38,954 nt of DNA from an uncultured Spirochaetaceae bacterium (GTDB taxonomy: Bacteria; Spirochaetota; Spirochaetia; DSM-27196; PWMO01): positions 16,496 to 55,449 of the forward strand of contig CAYOFA010000001.1 in NCBI GenBank assembly GCA_964402885.1, in the 5' to 3' direction. This document shows, piece after piece, positions 9,160 through 17,142 of the stretch. The position numbers and the translations under genes are program-made. Below the pieces are notes generated by a model. The model did not search any database, was not told the DNA's origin, and saw nothing but the letters and a program-made list of their open reading frames with translations. Within the stretch, counting starts at the first letter, position 1. The number at the start of each line of letters is the position of its first letter.

Positions 9160-10104
9160 TTACAATGGAATCCGGTACTGTGACACCATCGTCCGCAGCT
9201 TTTCGAGCGCGCCCTCGTAGCTCTCATTGCGGGTGTAGGCGATCACGTTATCCTCGATACGACCGCGGCCGGTCTCGAACGTTGCGATGGGGTTGTCGAG
9301 CAGGCCCCGGATCTGCGCCTCACTGATTCCGTGGTCAAGCAGGAACGCGGCGAAGGAGAGCTCGCGCATCGGAACGCGCTCCGCCCGCTGACTGTAGAGG
9401 TAGCCGAGGCCGTCGAGGATCTGCTCGACCGGACTCTTGGAATAGTGGAACACGCGGCTCACCGAGCCCTGCGTACCGAGCATGCCGCGTTCTATGAAGC
9501 CCTGTCGCATCTTCGAAGTGAGTGACAGAAAGTCCTCGTAGCCCATGCGTGTGCGAAAGAGCATGACGGCGATGTCGGTGTTGCGGTTGTTCTTGTGGAT
9601 CAGGGCGGGGATGTCGTAGTTCACCACGAAGAAGGCGCCGACCCGCTTCACCGTTTGTCCGTCCACGACGAGAATATCGGGCTCATCGACCCACTGCGAG
9701 AAGAGCTCCTCGGCCCGCACATCGAGCCGGTCGAGGGCTTCGAAGGCGCCGATCACCGGAGCAGTCTCGAACTCGGTGCCGAAGTGCTCGCGGAAGCGAG
9801 CCTTCATGCGCTCGGTGAACAGGCGCTTGCCGTGTACCGCGAAGCTCATCTTGACCGCATAGTGCCGCTCTACGATGTGATTGCTCGCGATGAACTCACC
9901 CGGTATGTTCGCAAGATAGGCGAGGTGCAGATCGACCTTGTACTGGGGGCATTCCTCGACGACTTTCAGGACTTCCCGTTCCCCGACGACACCGTTGGTC
10001 TCGGGGCGCATGTATACGAAGATGTCCTGAATGCCCGCGTCCGTCCGGGGGCCCGGATAGGGCACGAGTACCTGAGGCATGGCGGCACCGGCGTGGGAAT
10101 CCAT
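9160..10104 (-). CDS. conserved hypothetical protein, weak nucleoside-diphosphate-kinase-like motifs
   Basis: The ATG at 10104 is preceded by GGAGAGGGAGGG 8 nt upstream. The longer listed ORF (to 10365) would overlap pheT. Motifs seen are FVYMRPETNGV, ERHYAV and RVFHYSKSP. The stop lies 9 nt before the next gene. Confidence 0.6.
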   Translation of the reverse strand: MDSHAGAAMPQVLVPYPGPRTDAGIQDIFVYMRPETNGVVGEREVLKVVEECPQYKVDLHLAYLANIPGEFIASNHIVERHYAVKMSFAVHGKRLFTERMKARFREHFGTEFETAPVIGAFEALDRLDVRAEELFSQWVDEPDILVVDGQTVKRVGAFFVVNYDIPALIHKNNRNTDIAVMLFRTRMGYEDFLSLTSKMRQGFIERGMLGTQGSVSRVFHYSKSPVEQILDGLGYLYSQRAERVPMRELSFAAFLLDHGISEAQIRGLLDNPIATFETGRGRIEDNVIAYTRNESYEGALEKLRTMVSQYRIPL

Positions 10105-10180
10105 GGCGTGCACCCTCCCTCTCCGGTCGCGTCCGCCGGCGCCGGCTATTCGACCGCCGGCGGCATCTGTCGAGACCCTG

Positions 10181-11893
10181 TCAGCGAAGCGCGTCCATAT
10201 CGATCTCCGCCGCCGCACAGGGCACCTGTATCCCCCAGCTCTCGAGGACGCGCGGGTGGATCTCGCCGAAGATGCCGACCTGCACACCGTCGACCGTGAT
10301 CGCAGCCGTACGACCGGGGATGAACCGGGGGTCATCGAGCTCCTCGAGCCCGTGCTCGTACCCAAGATAATAGAAAAGCGAGGTGACGTGGGAGTTCATC
10401 AGGTTGAAATCCGCGTCGGACTCGGCGGCGAGAAAGCCGAGTGCGTTCACGCTGCGCGAGCCGTAGTTCTCCGAGGCGTCCTGACGCACGATCTTCCCGG
10501 CCTCGAAAATGAGGTGCGGGTAGCTCGCATTCGCCGACACGCTCTCAGCGGACAGGAGATGAGGGATGATGGAGTGGCGGACGTACTCGTAGTTCTCAGA
10601 CAGCGGATTGCTGACCTTCACGAACTCCCGGGCGATTGCCTCGCGCTCCTCTTCGGGATACATCCACTCGATGAACTCGCGGTGGGAGCCGAGGTAGTTG
10701 AAGATCATCTCCTGGTAACCGAGACCGACCATGATGTTCTTTGCCCGTCGGGAGAAGATCTCCGCCTCGCTGAGGCGTCCCACGGTGTACTCCGAGGGCA
10801 TCGCGGGCTCGAACGAGTCCATGCCGAGGCCGATCATGATGTCCTCGATGACGTCCACCGGATGAAGGAAGTCGTTGCGGTACACCGGCGGATAGGCGGT
10901 CACCGAATCCCCGTCGGCTTCGGCCTCAACACCCATGCGGCCCAGGCTCTCGACCACCTGATCGGCGGTGAGCGAAACGCCGAGCATCTTCTCCGCGTCG
11001 GCCACCTGCACCGTGTGCGGCTTCTGGAAGTAGTACGGCGTGACGATCTCCCGGCCGTAGGGCGTGTCGTAGGGATAGACGACGCGGATCGGCAGCACCC
11101 GGTAGCCGTGATCAGCCAGGTCGCAGGCGATGATGTTCCCGGTCAGAAGCAGCTGTTCCATGTCGAGACCGGTCATCTCCACGAAGAGCTGCCAGTCGCC
11201 CTGCTGCACCCCGCCGATGTAGGCGCTGTTGATGATGGGCGGGAAGCCCACTATCTCGCCGCGGTCGTCCTTGAGCAGGGGCATCTTCGGGAAGCCCTCG
11301 ACCAGGGAGGCGAACTCCTGTCCCTTGGGATGCTCGGTGAGAATCTGGCGCAGCGTCATCGTCCGGTCGGTGCCCAGCGGCTGAAACTGCGTGGTCTCGG
11401 GATCCGCAGCCACGTAGTGGATGGGATACTTCACAAGTGCCGAGCGATACACACCGATGGCAACGGACTTTCGCTTGCGCCCGTAGTTCCAGGCAAGCTT
11501 TTCCTGAGTCTGAATGAGATCGAGGAGGCCCGGCTCGTCGATGTGCTTGCCGGCGACCGCGAAGGCCACCAGGTAGGGCCGTGTATGCTCGAGCTCCGGA
11601 TCCACCATGAAGCGGCGTTCCTGGGGATCCTTCATGTCTCCGTCGCGGGAGATGAAGTCGTAGGTCGGCATCTCGCCCCGCCGATAGATACGGAGCTGAC
11701 GCGCAAGTCCCGCCGCGGACCAGAGGTCGGGCCGGTTGGTGTCGTTCAGCTCGAACTTGGCGATACCGCGCTCGTCGGCTTCGGCATCGAGCTCCGCCTT
11801 GGCGGCGGTCAGCAGTTGCTCGAGGGTCTCGGTCTCCAGCCGGGTACCGAGGTAGTCAAAAAACGCCTGCTCGTAGACGTCGATCTTAGGCAT
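10181..11893 (-). CDS. pheT: phenylalanine--tRNA ligase beta subunit, archaeal/eukaryote-like short form
   Basis: At 570 aa it is shorter than the roughly 800-aa bacterial form. The N-terminus MPKIDVYEQAFFDYLG and B3_4/B5-like core are present. The gene starts 3 nt after the pheS stop. Confidence 0.9.
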   Translation of the reverse strand: MPKIDVYEQAFFDYLGTRLETETLEQLLTAAKAELDAEADERGIAKFELNDTNRPDLWSAAGLARQLRIYRRGEMPTYDFISRDGDMKDPQERRFMVDPELEHTRPYLVAFAVAGKHIDEPGLLDLIQTQEKLAWNYGRKRKSVAIGVYRSALVKYPIHYVAADPETTQFQPLGTDRTMTLRQILTEHPKGQEFASLVEGFPKMPLLKDDRGEIVGFPPIINSAYIGGVQQGDWQLFVEMTGLDMEQLLLTGNIIACDLADHGYRVLPIRVVYPYDTPYGREIVTPYYFQKPHTVQVADAEKMLGVSLTADQVVESLGRMGVEAEADGDSVTAYPPVYRNDFLHPVDVIEDIMIGLGMDSFEPAMPSEYTVGRLSEAEIFSRRAKNIMVGLGYQEMIFNYLGSHREFIEWMYPEEEREAIAREFVKVSNPLSENYEYVRHSIIPHLLSAESVSANASYPHLIFEAGKIVRQDASENYGSRSVNALGFLAAESDADFNLMNSHVTSLFYYLGYEHGLEELDDPRFIPGRTAAITVDGVQVGIFGEIHPRVLESWGIQVPCAAAEIDMDALR

Positions 11894-11896
11894 GCT

Positions 11897-13447
11897 TCAG
11901 CTCCTTCGCCTCAGTCGCACACGTTCTATGTCGTTGGAGAAGAGCTCACGGAGGTCGTCGAGCCCCAGATGCATGAGCGCCATCCGGTCAATGCCGAGCC
12001 CCCACGCAAGAACCGGGACATCCACGCCGAGCGGCTTCGTCACCTCGGGCCGGAAGATACCCGACCCGCCGAGCTCGAACCACCCCAGAACCGGGTGCTT
12101 GATGTGCACCTCGACCGACGGCTCGGTGAACGGGAAATAGCCCGGCACGTACTTCACTTCCTGGGCGCCGGCCACCTCCACTGCGAACATCTTGAGGAAG
12201 CCAAGAAGCGTGCGCAGATTCACCTCATGTCCCAGCACGATTCCCTCGGTCTGATAGAAGTCGGAAAGATGCGTAGCGTCGATCTGATCATTGCGAAAGC
12301 AGCGCACCACACCGAAGTACTTCCCCGGAACCTTTGCCGTGGGCAGCTGCTTGGCTGAGAGCACCGTACCCTGGCTGCGCAGGATCAGGCGCCGGGTGAA
12401 ATCGCGGTCGAAGGGATAGCGCCAGCCGAGGCTTCCCGTCTCCCAGCCGTCCTCGTGCGTCCGGGCAACCTGGCTGAGATAGGGCTCGGCGATTTCTTTG
12501 GCGTGATCCGGATGATCGACATAGTACACATCGTGAATATCGCGTGCGGCGTGGAACTGAGGCATGAACAGCGCATCGGAGTTCCAGAACTCCGTCTCCA
12601 CGAGGGGCCCGTCGAACTCCTCGAATCCGAGAGAGGTAAGCTTGTCCTTCACCCGCTCGAGATACTCGCCGTAGGGATTCCGACGGCCGGGCAGCACCCG
12701 CGCCGCGGGGATGTTGATGTTGTAGGGGCGGAAGTTGCGGTGTCGCCAGGCGCCGGTGCGAAGCATCTCGGGCGTGAGCGCGCCCACTTCCTCGCCGGTC
12801 ACGCCCGCCGCATCCAGGGCCTTCTTCGCCTCGGTGCCGGCCTTCGTGAAACGAAAGTGGACCGTTTCGTGCTCCGCAGCCCGGAAAATCGTGCTCGCCG
12901 CTCCCCGCTTCTTGCTGACGGTCTGAATGGCCGCACGCTCTGAATCGCTGAGATCGGCATCGACCAGGCTGCCTTCCGAGCGTGCGCGATCGATGAGCGC
13001 TCGCACCGTCGAGACCGACTCCGGCATCTGCGCGCCGTTCTCGAGCTGAACACGCTTCTCCTCATCCATGGAGAGCACGCCCGCCTTCGACAGAGCGCCG
13101 TAGGCCGAACCCGTTTCCTTGTTTTCGAGAGAGAGTCGCGAGGTAATGTCCGGCATCCGCATCGGTCCCTGCTCACGAATTACCGATACGATGCGCTCCT
13201 CGGGCATACCGTCGGTTGCATAGCGCTCACCGAGCTCGGTAAGCTCGTAGCGCACCGACTGCTCGCGTCGCGTCTCCTCGATGAGCTCCTTTGCCGAGAG
13301 CCAGCTCAGGGCCTGATTCGCCTGTCCGGTGTTCAGGCCGAGAGCCTCCACGAGGCGCTCCGCGTCGAACTCATCCTTCGGGCCGAGATGGAGCAGGACG
13401 CGTACTTCGAGCGGATGGAGGTTCTTTGCGATGTCTGCGCGATCCAT
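11897..13447 (-). CDS. pheS: phenylalanine--tRNA ligase alpha subunit, archaeal/eukaryote-like long form
   Basis: At 516 aa it has N-terminal winged-helix repeats. Class II core: FMPQFHAARD, RSQGT, FRNDQIDATHLSDFYQTEG, GLGIDR. The ATG at 13447 has GAGGAG 7 nt upstream. Confidence 0.9.
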   Translation of the reverse strand: MDRADIAKNLHPLEVRVLLHLGPKDEFDAERLVEALGLNTGQANQALSWLSAKELIEETRREQSVRYELTELGERYATDGMPEERIVSVIREQGPMRMPDITSRLSLENKETGSAYGALSKAGVLSMDEEKRVQLENGAQMPESVSTVRALIDRARSEGSLVDADLSDSERAAIQTVSKKRGAASTIFRAAEHETVHFRFTKAGTEAKKALDAAGVTGEEVGALTPEMLRTGAWRHRNFRPYNINIPAARVLPGRRNPYGEYLERVKDKLTSLGFEEFDGPLVETEFWNSDALFMPQFHAARDIHDVYYVDHPDHAKEIAEPYLSQVARTHEDGWETGSLGWRYPFDRDFTRRLILRSQGTVLSAKQLPTAKVPGKYFGVVRCFRNDQIDATHLSDFYQTEGIVLGHEVNLRTLLGFLKMFAVEVAGAQEVKYVPGYFPFTEPSVEVHIKHPVLGWFELGGSGIFRPEVTKPLGVDVPVLAWGLGIDRMALMHLGLDDLRELFSNDIERVRLRRRS

Positions 13448-13540
13448 AGCGGGGCTCCTCAATGTGGTGTTCCATTGGTACCGGAAACCCGCTGCTTTGT
13501 AAAGTGAAGGGTCATGCGTGAGGGTCGGTGTGATGGCTAC

Positions 13541-13613
13541 TGGAGGATAGGGGAGTCGAACCCCTGACCTATTGATTGCGAACCAATCGCTCTACCACCT
13601 GAGCTAATCCCCC
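13541..13613 (-). tRNA. tRNA-Ala (anticodon CGC)
   Basis: Hand-folded cloverleaf: GGGGGAT-TA-GCTC-AGGTGGTA-GAGC-G-ATTGG-TTCGCAA-TCAAT-AGGTC-AGGGG-TTCGACT-CCCCT-ATCCTCC-A. The G3:U70 alanine identity pair is present. CCA is not encoded. Confidence 0.9.
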
Positions 13614-13625
13614 AACTGGGCACAC

Positions 13626-13655
13626 AATATACACGGTTGCCTCCGCTTGATGCAA
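13626..13655 (-). promoter_or_regulatory. sigma-70-like promoter upstream of tRNA-Ala (and possibly pheST)
   Basis: On the minus strand the sequence reads TTGCAT-18 nt-TATATT, ending 12 nt before the mature tRNA 5' end. Confidence 0.5.
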
Positions 13656-13708
13656 GAGGTTAATTTCTACCGACGGCACCGCCGGCGGCGGCGCCGCGGA
13701 CCGCAACC

Positions 13709-14062
13709 ATGAAGACGATTGCCCAGATCCCAGGCCCCCACACCCGCTTCTTTCCCGATCACGCCGACCGCAGACGCCGGGTCTTCGTCACTATCAGTTT
13801 CTTCCCCGGAACGGGCAGCCACTTTCACGTCGAAATCCGCGAGGAACACAACTACGTCTTCGATGCGGAGTCGCAGGAGTGGATCGAGCCGGGGAACGAC
13901 TCCGCCGGCGAGGGACGACATCGCTTCATGAAGTTCAACCGGGAGGAGACCGCGCGACGCTGGGTGGAGGATGTCTTCGCGGAGGAGTTCTCCGAGGAGA
14001 CGCACGAGCTCGTCTTCCGCGGGGACGTGTCGAATCGCTGGTATTATCCCGAAGGTGATTGA
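13709..14062 (+). CDS. hypothetical protein (117 aa)
   Basis: An ORF with coding-like composition in a gap between confidently called genes. I recognised no motif and saw no clear SD. Confidence 0.45.
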   Translation: MKTIAQIPGPHTRFFPDHADRRRRVFVTISFFPGTGSHFHVEIREEHNYVFDAESQEWIEPGNDSAGEGRHRFMKFNREETARRWVEDVFAEEFSEETHELVFRGDVSNRWYYPEGD

Positions 14063-14074
14063 TGCGGGCGAACG

Positions 14075-14446
14075 ATGAACCGTGATACACTTTCGCGCGT
14101 GAAGCACATCATTCTCACCGCCCTTGCACTTACGCTTCTTCTTGCCGGATGCGCCACCGATCCCGACCGCCCCGTTGAGCCGCCGGCGGAGCCGGATACC
14201 GGGTTTCCACTGGTACGACCGGCAACCGACGCGCCCAAGGAGCTGCCGGCGCCCTCGGTGAAGCTCGTCGACCTGAGAAGGCTTCGCGTCGGCATGACGA
14301 TGGCGGAGGTACTCGAAATATTTCCCGGCCCCGTCGAGACGAAGATATCGCCGCGGGACACCACGGTGTGGCAGTACCGCTTCGCCGAGCTCTACTTCCG
14401 CGACGGCCGGCTGTTCAACTGGTTCAACCTCGAAGAGGAGTACTGA
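14075..14446 (+). CDS. small lipoprotein, BamE/SmpA-OmlA-like
   Basis: Signal peptide with lipobox LLAGC. The C-terminal segment VGMTMAEVLEIFPGP...WQYRF...YFRDGRL resembles the SmpA_OmlA fold pattern. Confidence 0.6.
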   Translation: MNRDTLSRVKHIILTALALTLLLAGCATDPDRPVEPPAEPDTGFPLVRPATDAPKELPAPSVKLVDLRRLRVGMTMAEVLEIFPGPVETKISPRDTTVWQYRFAELYFRDGRLFNWFNLEEEY

Positions 14447-14454
14447 TGCCGGGC

Positions 14455-17139
14455 CTACCGCAGCGCCTTCATCAGAAACTCGAGCCGCGTTTTCAGGGCG
14501 TCGGCAATCTTGTGGTTCGGATGGTAGCCAGAGAGTGATTGTATATAGCCGAAGGTGTCGCGCAGGCGCTTGGGTGTGACCCGCAGGGGCTCGCCCCCCT
14601 CTTCGGCCTCCCGACCCATGCCGTAACGCTCGATGTCGGCCCGGAGTCCCGGCCGTCCCGTCAGCCGCGCCTTGATGGTCTCGATACGCAGTCGAATGTC
14701 ACTCTCGAGGAAAGCTCGGTTCTGCTGTTCCGGCAGGTCGCCGGCGAGCTGCACGAGATAGTCGAACATCGCTGCCCGGCGCTGCCACTCGTCCTCGGGC
14801 TCCTCACCGGGCTCGCCGGGCTCACCGGGCTCCTCGCGCTCGCCGGGGTCCTCGCCGCCTTCTTCGGCGGCAGCCACTTCCCCGGGCAGCTCCTCTTCGG
14901 GCACCGGTGCCTCCTCCGGCGGGGGTGCCGCTTCCTCCTCCGCGGGCAGATCCTCGTCCGAGGGCGGCGTCTGCGGGGCGAGCCCTTCGGGCGGCTGTAC
15001 GCCGTCCGGCGGGGCGTGAAACACGAAGGTCGGTGCGGGCCACGACGGCGCAGCGCCCTCCCCCGACTGCCGGTCCGATTCCTGCCGGGCCGGTTCGGGC
15101 GGGGCCGGCGGCTGCTGCCCGGACTGCTGATGTATGTGATACGTCTGCGACGGCGGCGGATACTGAGGCGGCGGATATTGCGGCGGCGGGTACTGCGGAT
15201 ACTGCGGCGGCAGCTGCGCCGGGTACGGCGGCGGGGGCGGAGGCTGGCGGTACTGGGGCTCAGCCTCGTTGTGCCAGGGTGAGGCGCCGGGATGCTCGGG
15301 GGGCGGATAGCTCGGCGGCCCGGAGGCAGCCAGTTGCCGCTGCGGCGGGGACTCACGCCGCTCGCCCTCGGCCATCCTCAACAGCGACGGATAGTGCTGG
15401 TGGGCAGAAAGCGCCTCCCAGTCCGGCTCTTCGGGCGGCTCCTCTTCTTCCTCGGCGTCCTGCTCGAAGTGCTCTGCGGTGAAGTCGAGAATCGGAATCG
15501 AGTCCTCCTCCAGGCCGGCGAGCTCATCGATCTCCATCTCGGCTTTCACCTCTTTGGCCTCGCCCTCCTCGGCTTCCCGGGCGAGGTCGCCCAACTTCTC
15601 GAGGTTTCGTTGCCAGGCTTCGTTGTGGTCCGTCTGATAGGTGCTGACGATGTCCTCGTAAATCGCGAGGCTCTCATTGATCGCCGAGAGGTCCTCCGGG
15701 TTGGCGCGGTTGCCCTGCAGGCTTATGAGGTCCTCGGCCGAGTGTAACGCCTGTTCGCGCTCGCCCTGCTCACGATAGGCCCTGGCGAGGTGAGAAAGCA
15801 CCGCGCCGTGCTCGGGATACTCGGCCCGCAGTTTCTGCAGGAGGCGCACGGCTGCATCGACTTTGCCCCGAGCAATAAGGATGTCGGCGCGCAGGAGATG
15901 CCCTTCGGGATCGCCCGGAACCCGTTCGAGGTAGCCTTTGAGCTCATGTGCGGCCTCCTCGTAGCGCCCCTCGGATACGAAGAACCGTGCAAGGTCGAGA
16001 CGATGACTGTGGTGCCCCGGTTCCGCGGCCTCCAGCCGTTGGAAGCAGTCTTTGGCCTCCTCCTCACGCGCGGTACGGAAATACACCAGCCCGAGGAGGT
16101 GCAGCGCGCTCGGCTCGTCATGCTCGAGTCGGAGAACAGTCTGGAGCTCCTCCTCGGCCTCCCACAGGCGGTCGCGAGCGGCAAGGCTCTCCGCACGGGC
16201 CCGCCTGAAGTCGACGCGGTCGGGAAACGCCGAAACCACCTCGCCGAGAATCTCCGGTACGTCATCGCGGTCGTCGCGGCCCGCGAGCACGCGGACTATA
16301 TTGCCGGCCGCGTGCTCGTATCGGGGATTCAGGCGAAGCGCCTCGCGAAGATGGTCGACGGCGGCATCGAGCTCCCCTCGCTGCATCTGTATCGTGGCAG
16401 CGTTGTTGTGAGCGATTGCGTTCTCAGGGTCGATGCGGAGGATCTCCTGGTAGGAGCGCAGCGACTCCTCGAGTCGACCGAGGCGGTCGAGGACCACGCC
16501 GCGGTTTATCAGCGCATCGACCCACCCGGGACGGCTCCGCAATGCGCGGCCGAAGGATTCCGCGGCCGCCTCGAGATCACCCTCCCGCTCCTGGGCCAGA
16601 CCGATGTTGTAGTGCAGCCCGGGGTGATTCGGATCGTGGTACAGCCCCCGCTGGAAGACATCGCGGGCCTTCGTGTGGTCGCCCTGGGCCGCGAGCAGAT
16701 TTCCGAGATTGTTGTATGCCGGCAGGAATGCAGGATCGAGCTCGATTGCCTTCTCGTAGGCGGCGGCGGCCTCGTCGATATCACCTGCAACCTTGTAGAC
16801 GTTGGCGAGGTTGTAGCGCAGGTCGGCCCGGTCGGGGTTCAGGTTGATTGCCGAGCGAATGGCCTTCAGGGCGTCCCCGAACCGACCGAGCCGGCGGTAC
16901 ATGATCCCCAGGTTGTTGAACGCCTCCGCGTTCTGCCGGTCCTGCTCGATGGCGGCCGAAAACTCCCGCGCCGCCGCACCGATTTCGCCCTGCTGCGCGA
17001 GCACGGAGCCGAGGAGGATATGAGCCTGCGGTCGGGAGCCGTCGGACTCGAGCAGCTGCTCGAGAAGCTCCCGCGCTACGGAGTAGTCGCCGATGCGATA
17101 TGCGTTTCGGGCTCGATGTAAGGCACTGTCGGACTGCAC
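14455..17139 (-). CDS. TPR-repeat protein with acidic and proline-rich central region (894 aa)
   Basis: About 480 aa of consecutive TPR units come first (for example AEAFNNLGIMYRRLGRFGDALKAIRSAINLNP). These are followed by Glu-rich tracts, a PPQYP-type proline-rich tract, and a roughly 120-aa C-terminal domain. The GTG start lies 3 nt after the upstream stop. Confidence 0.85.
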   Translation of the reverse strand: MQSDSALHRARNAYRIGDYSVARELLEQLLESDGSRPQAHILLGSVLAQQGEIGAAAREFSAAIEQDRQNAEAFNNLGIMYRRLGRFGDALKAIRSAINLNPDRADLRYNLANVYKVAGDIDEAAAAYEKAIELDPAFLPAYNNLGNLLAAQGDHTKARDVFQRGLYHDPNHPGLHYNIGLAQEREGDLEAAAESFGRALRSRPGWVDALINRGVVLDRLGRLEESLRSYQEILRIDPENAIAHNNAATIQMQRGELDAAVDHLREALRLNPRYEHAAGNIVRVLAGRDDRDDVPEILGEVVSAFPDRVDFRRARAESLAARDRLWEAEEELQTVLRLEHDEPSALHLLGLVYFRTAREEEAKDCFQRLEAAEPGHHSHRLDLARFFVSEGRYEEAAHELKGYLERVPGDPEGHLLRADILIARGKVDAAVRLLQKLRAEYPEHGAVLSHLARAYREQGEREQALHSAEDLISLQGNRANPEDLSAINESLAIYEDIVSTYQTDHNEAWQRNLEKLGDLAREAEEGEAKEVKAEMEIDELAGLEEDSIPILDFTAEHFEQDAEEEEEPPEEPDWEALSAHQHYPSLLRMAEGERRESPPQRQLAASGPPSYPPPEHPGASPWHNEAEPQYRQPPPPPPYPAQLPPQYPQYPPPQYPPPQYPPPSQTYHIHQQSGQQPPAPPEPARQESDRQSGEGAAPSWPAPTFVFHAPPDGVQPPEGLAPQTPPSDEDLPAEEEAAPPPEEAPVPEEELPGEVAAAEEGGEDPGEREEPGEPGEPGEEPEDEWQRRAAMFDYLVQLAGDLPEQQNRAFLESDIRLRIETIKARLTGRPGLRADIERYGMGREAEEGGEPLRVTPKRLRDTFGYIQSLSGYHPNHKIADALKTRLEFLMKALR
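15151..15216 (-). repeat. imperfect 15-bp tandem repeats encoding PPQYP units
   Basis: Plus-strand units are cggcggcggatactg / aggcggcggatattg / cggcggcgggtactg / cggatactg / cggcggcagctg. These lie inside the TPR gene and encode QLPPQYPQYPPPQYPPPQYPPP. Confidence 0.7.
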
Positions 17140-17142
17140 GAT

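Noticed and set aside
9160-10365. The full 401-aa version of the ORF upstream of the nucleosidase gene.
   Set aside because: The first 87 codons overlap the 3' end of pheT and translate to Arg/Ser-rich low-complexity sequence. A strong SD precedes the internal ATG at 10104.
13541-13708. tRNA-Ala as an integration hotspot flanking a genomic island.
   Set aside because: No integrase, direct repeat of the tRNA 3' end, or compositional shift is visible on either side. The neighbouring genes are housekeeping.
15100-15260. Repetitive DNA as a possible CRISPR array or mobile-element repeat.
   Set aside because: The repeats are 15-bp in-frame units inside a coding region and encode a proline-rich tract. 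There are no spacers and no cas genes.
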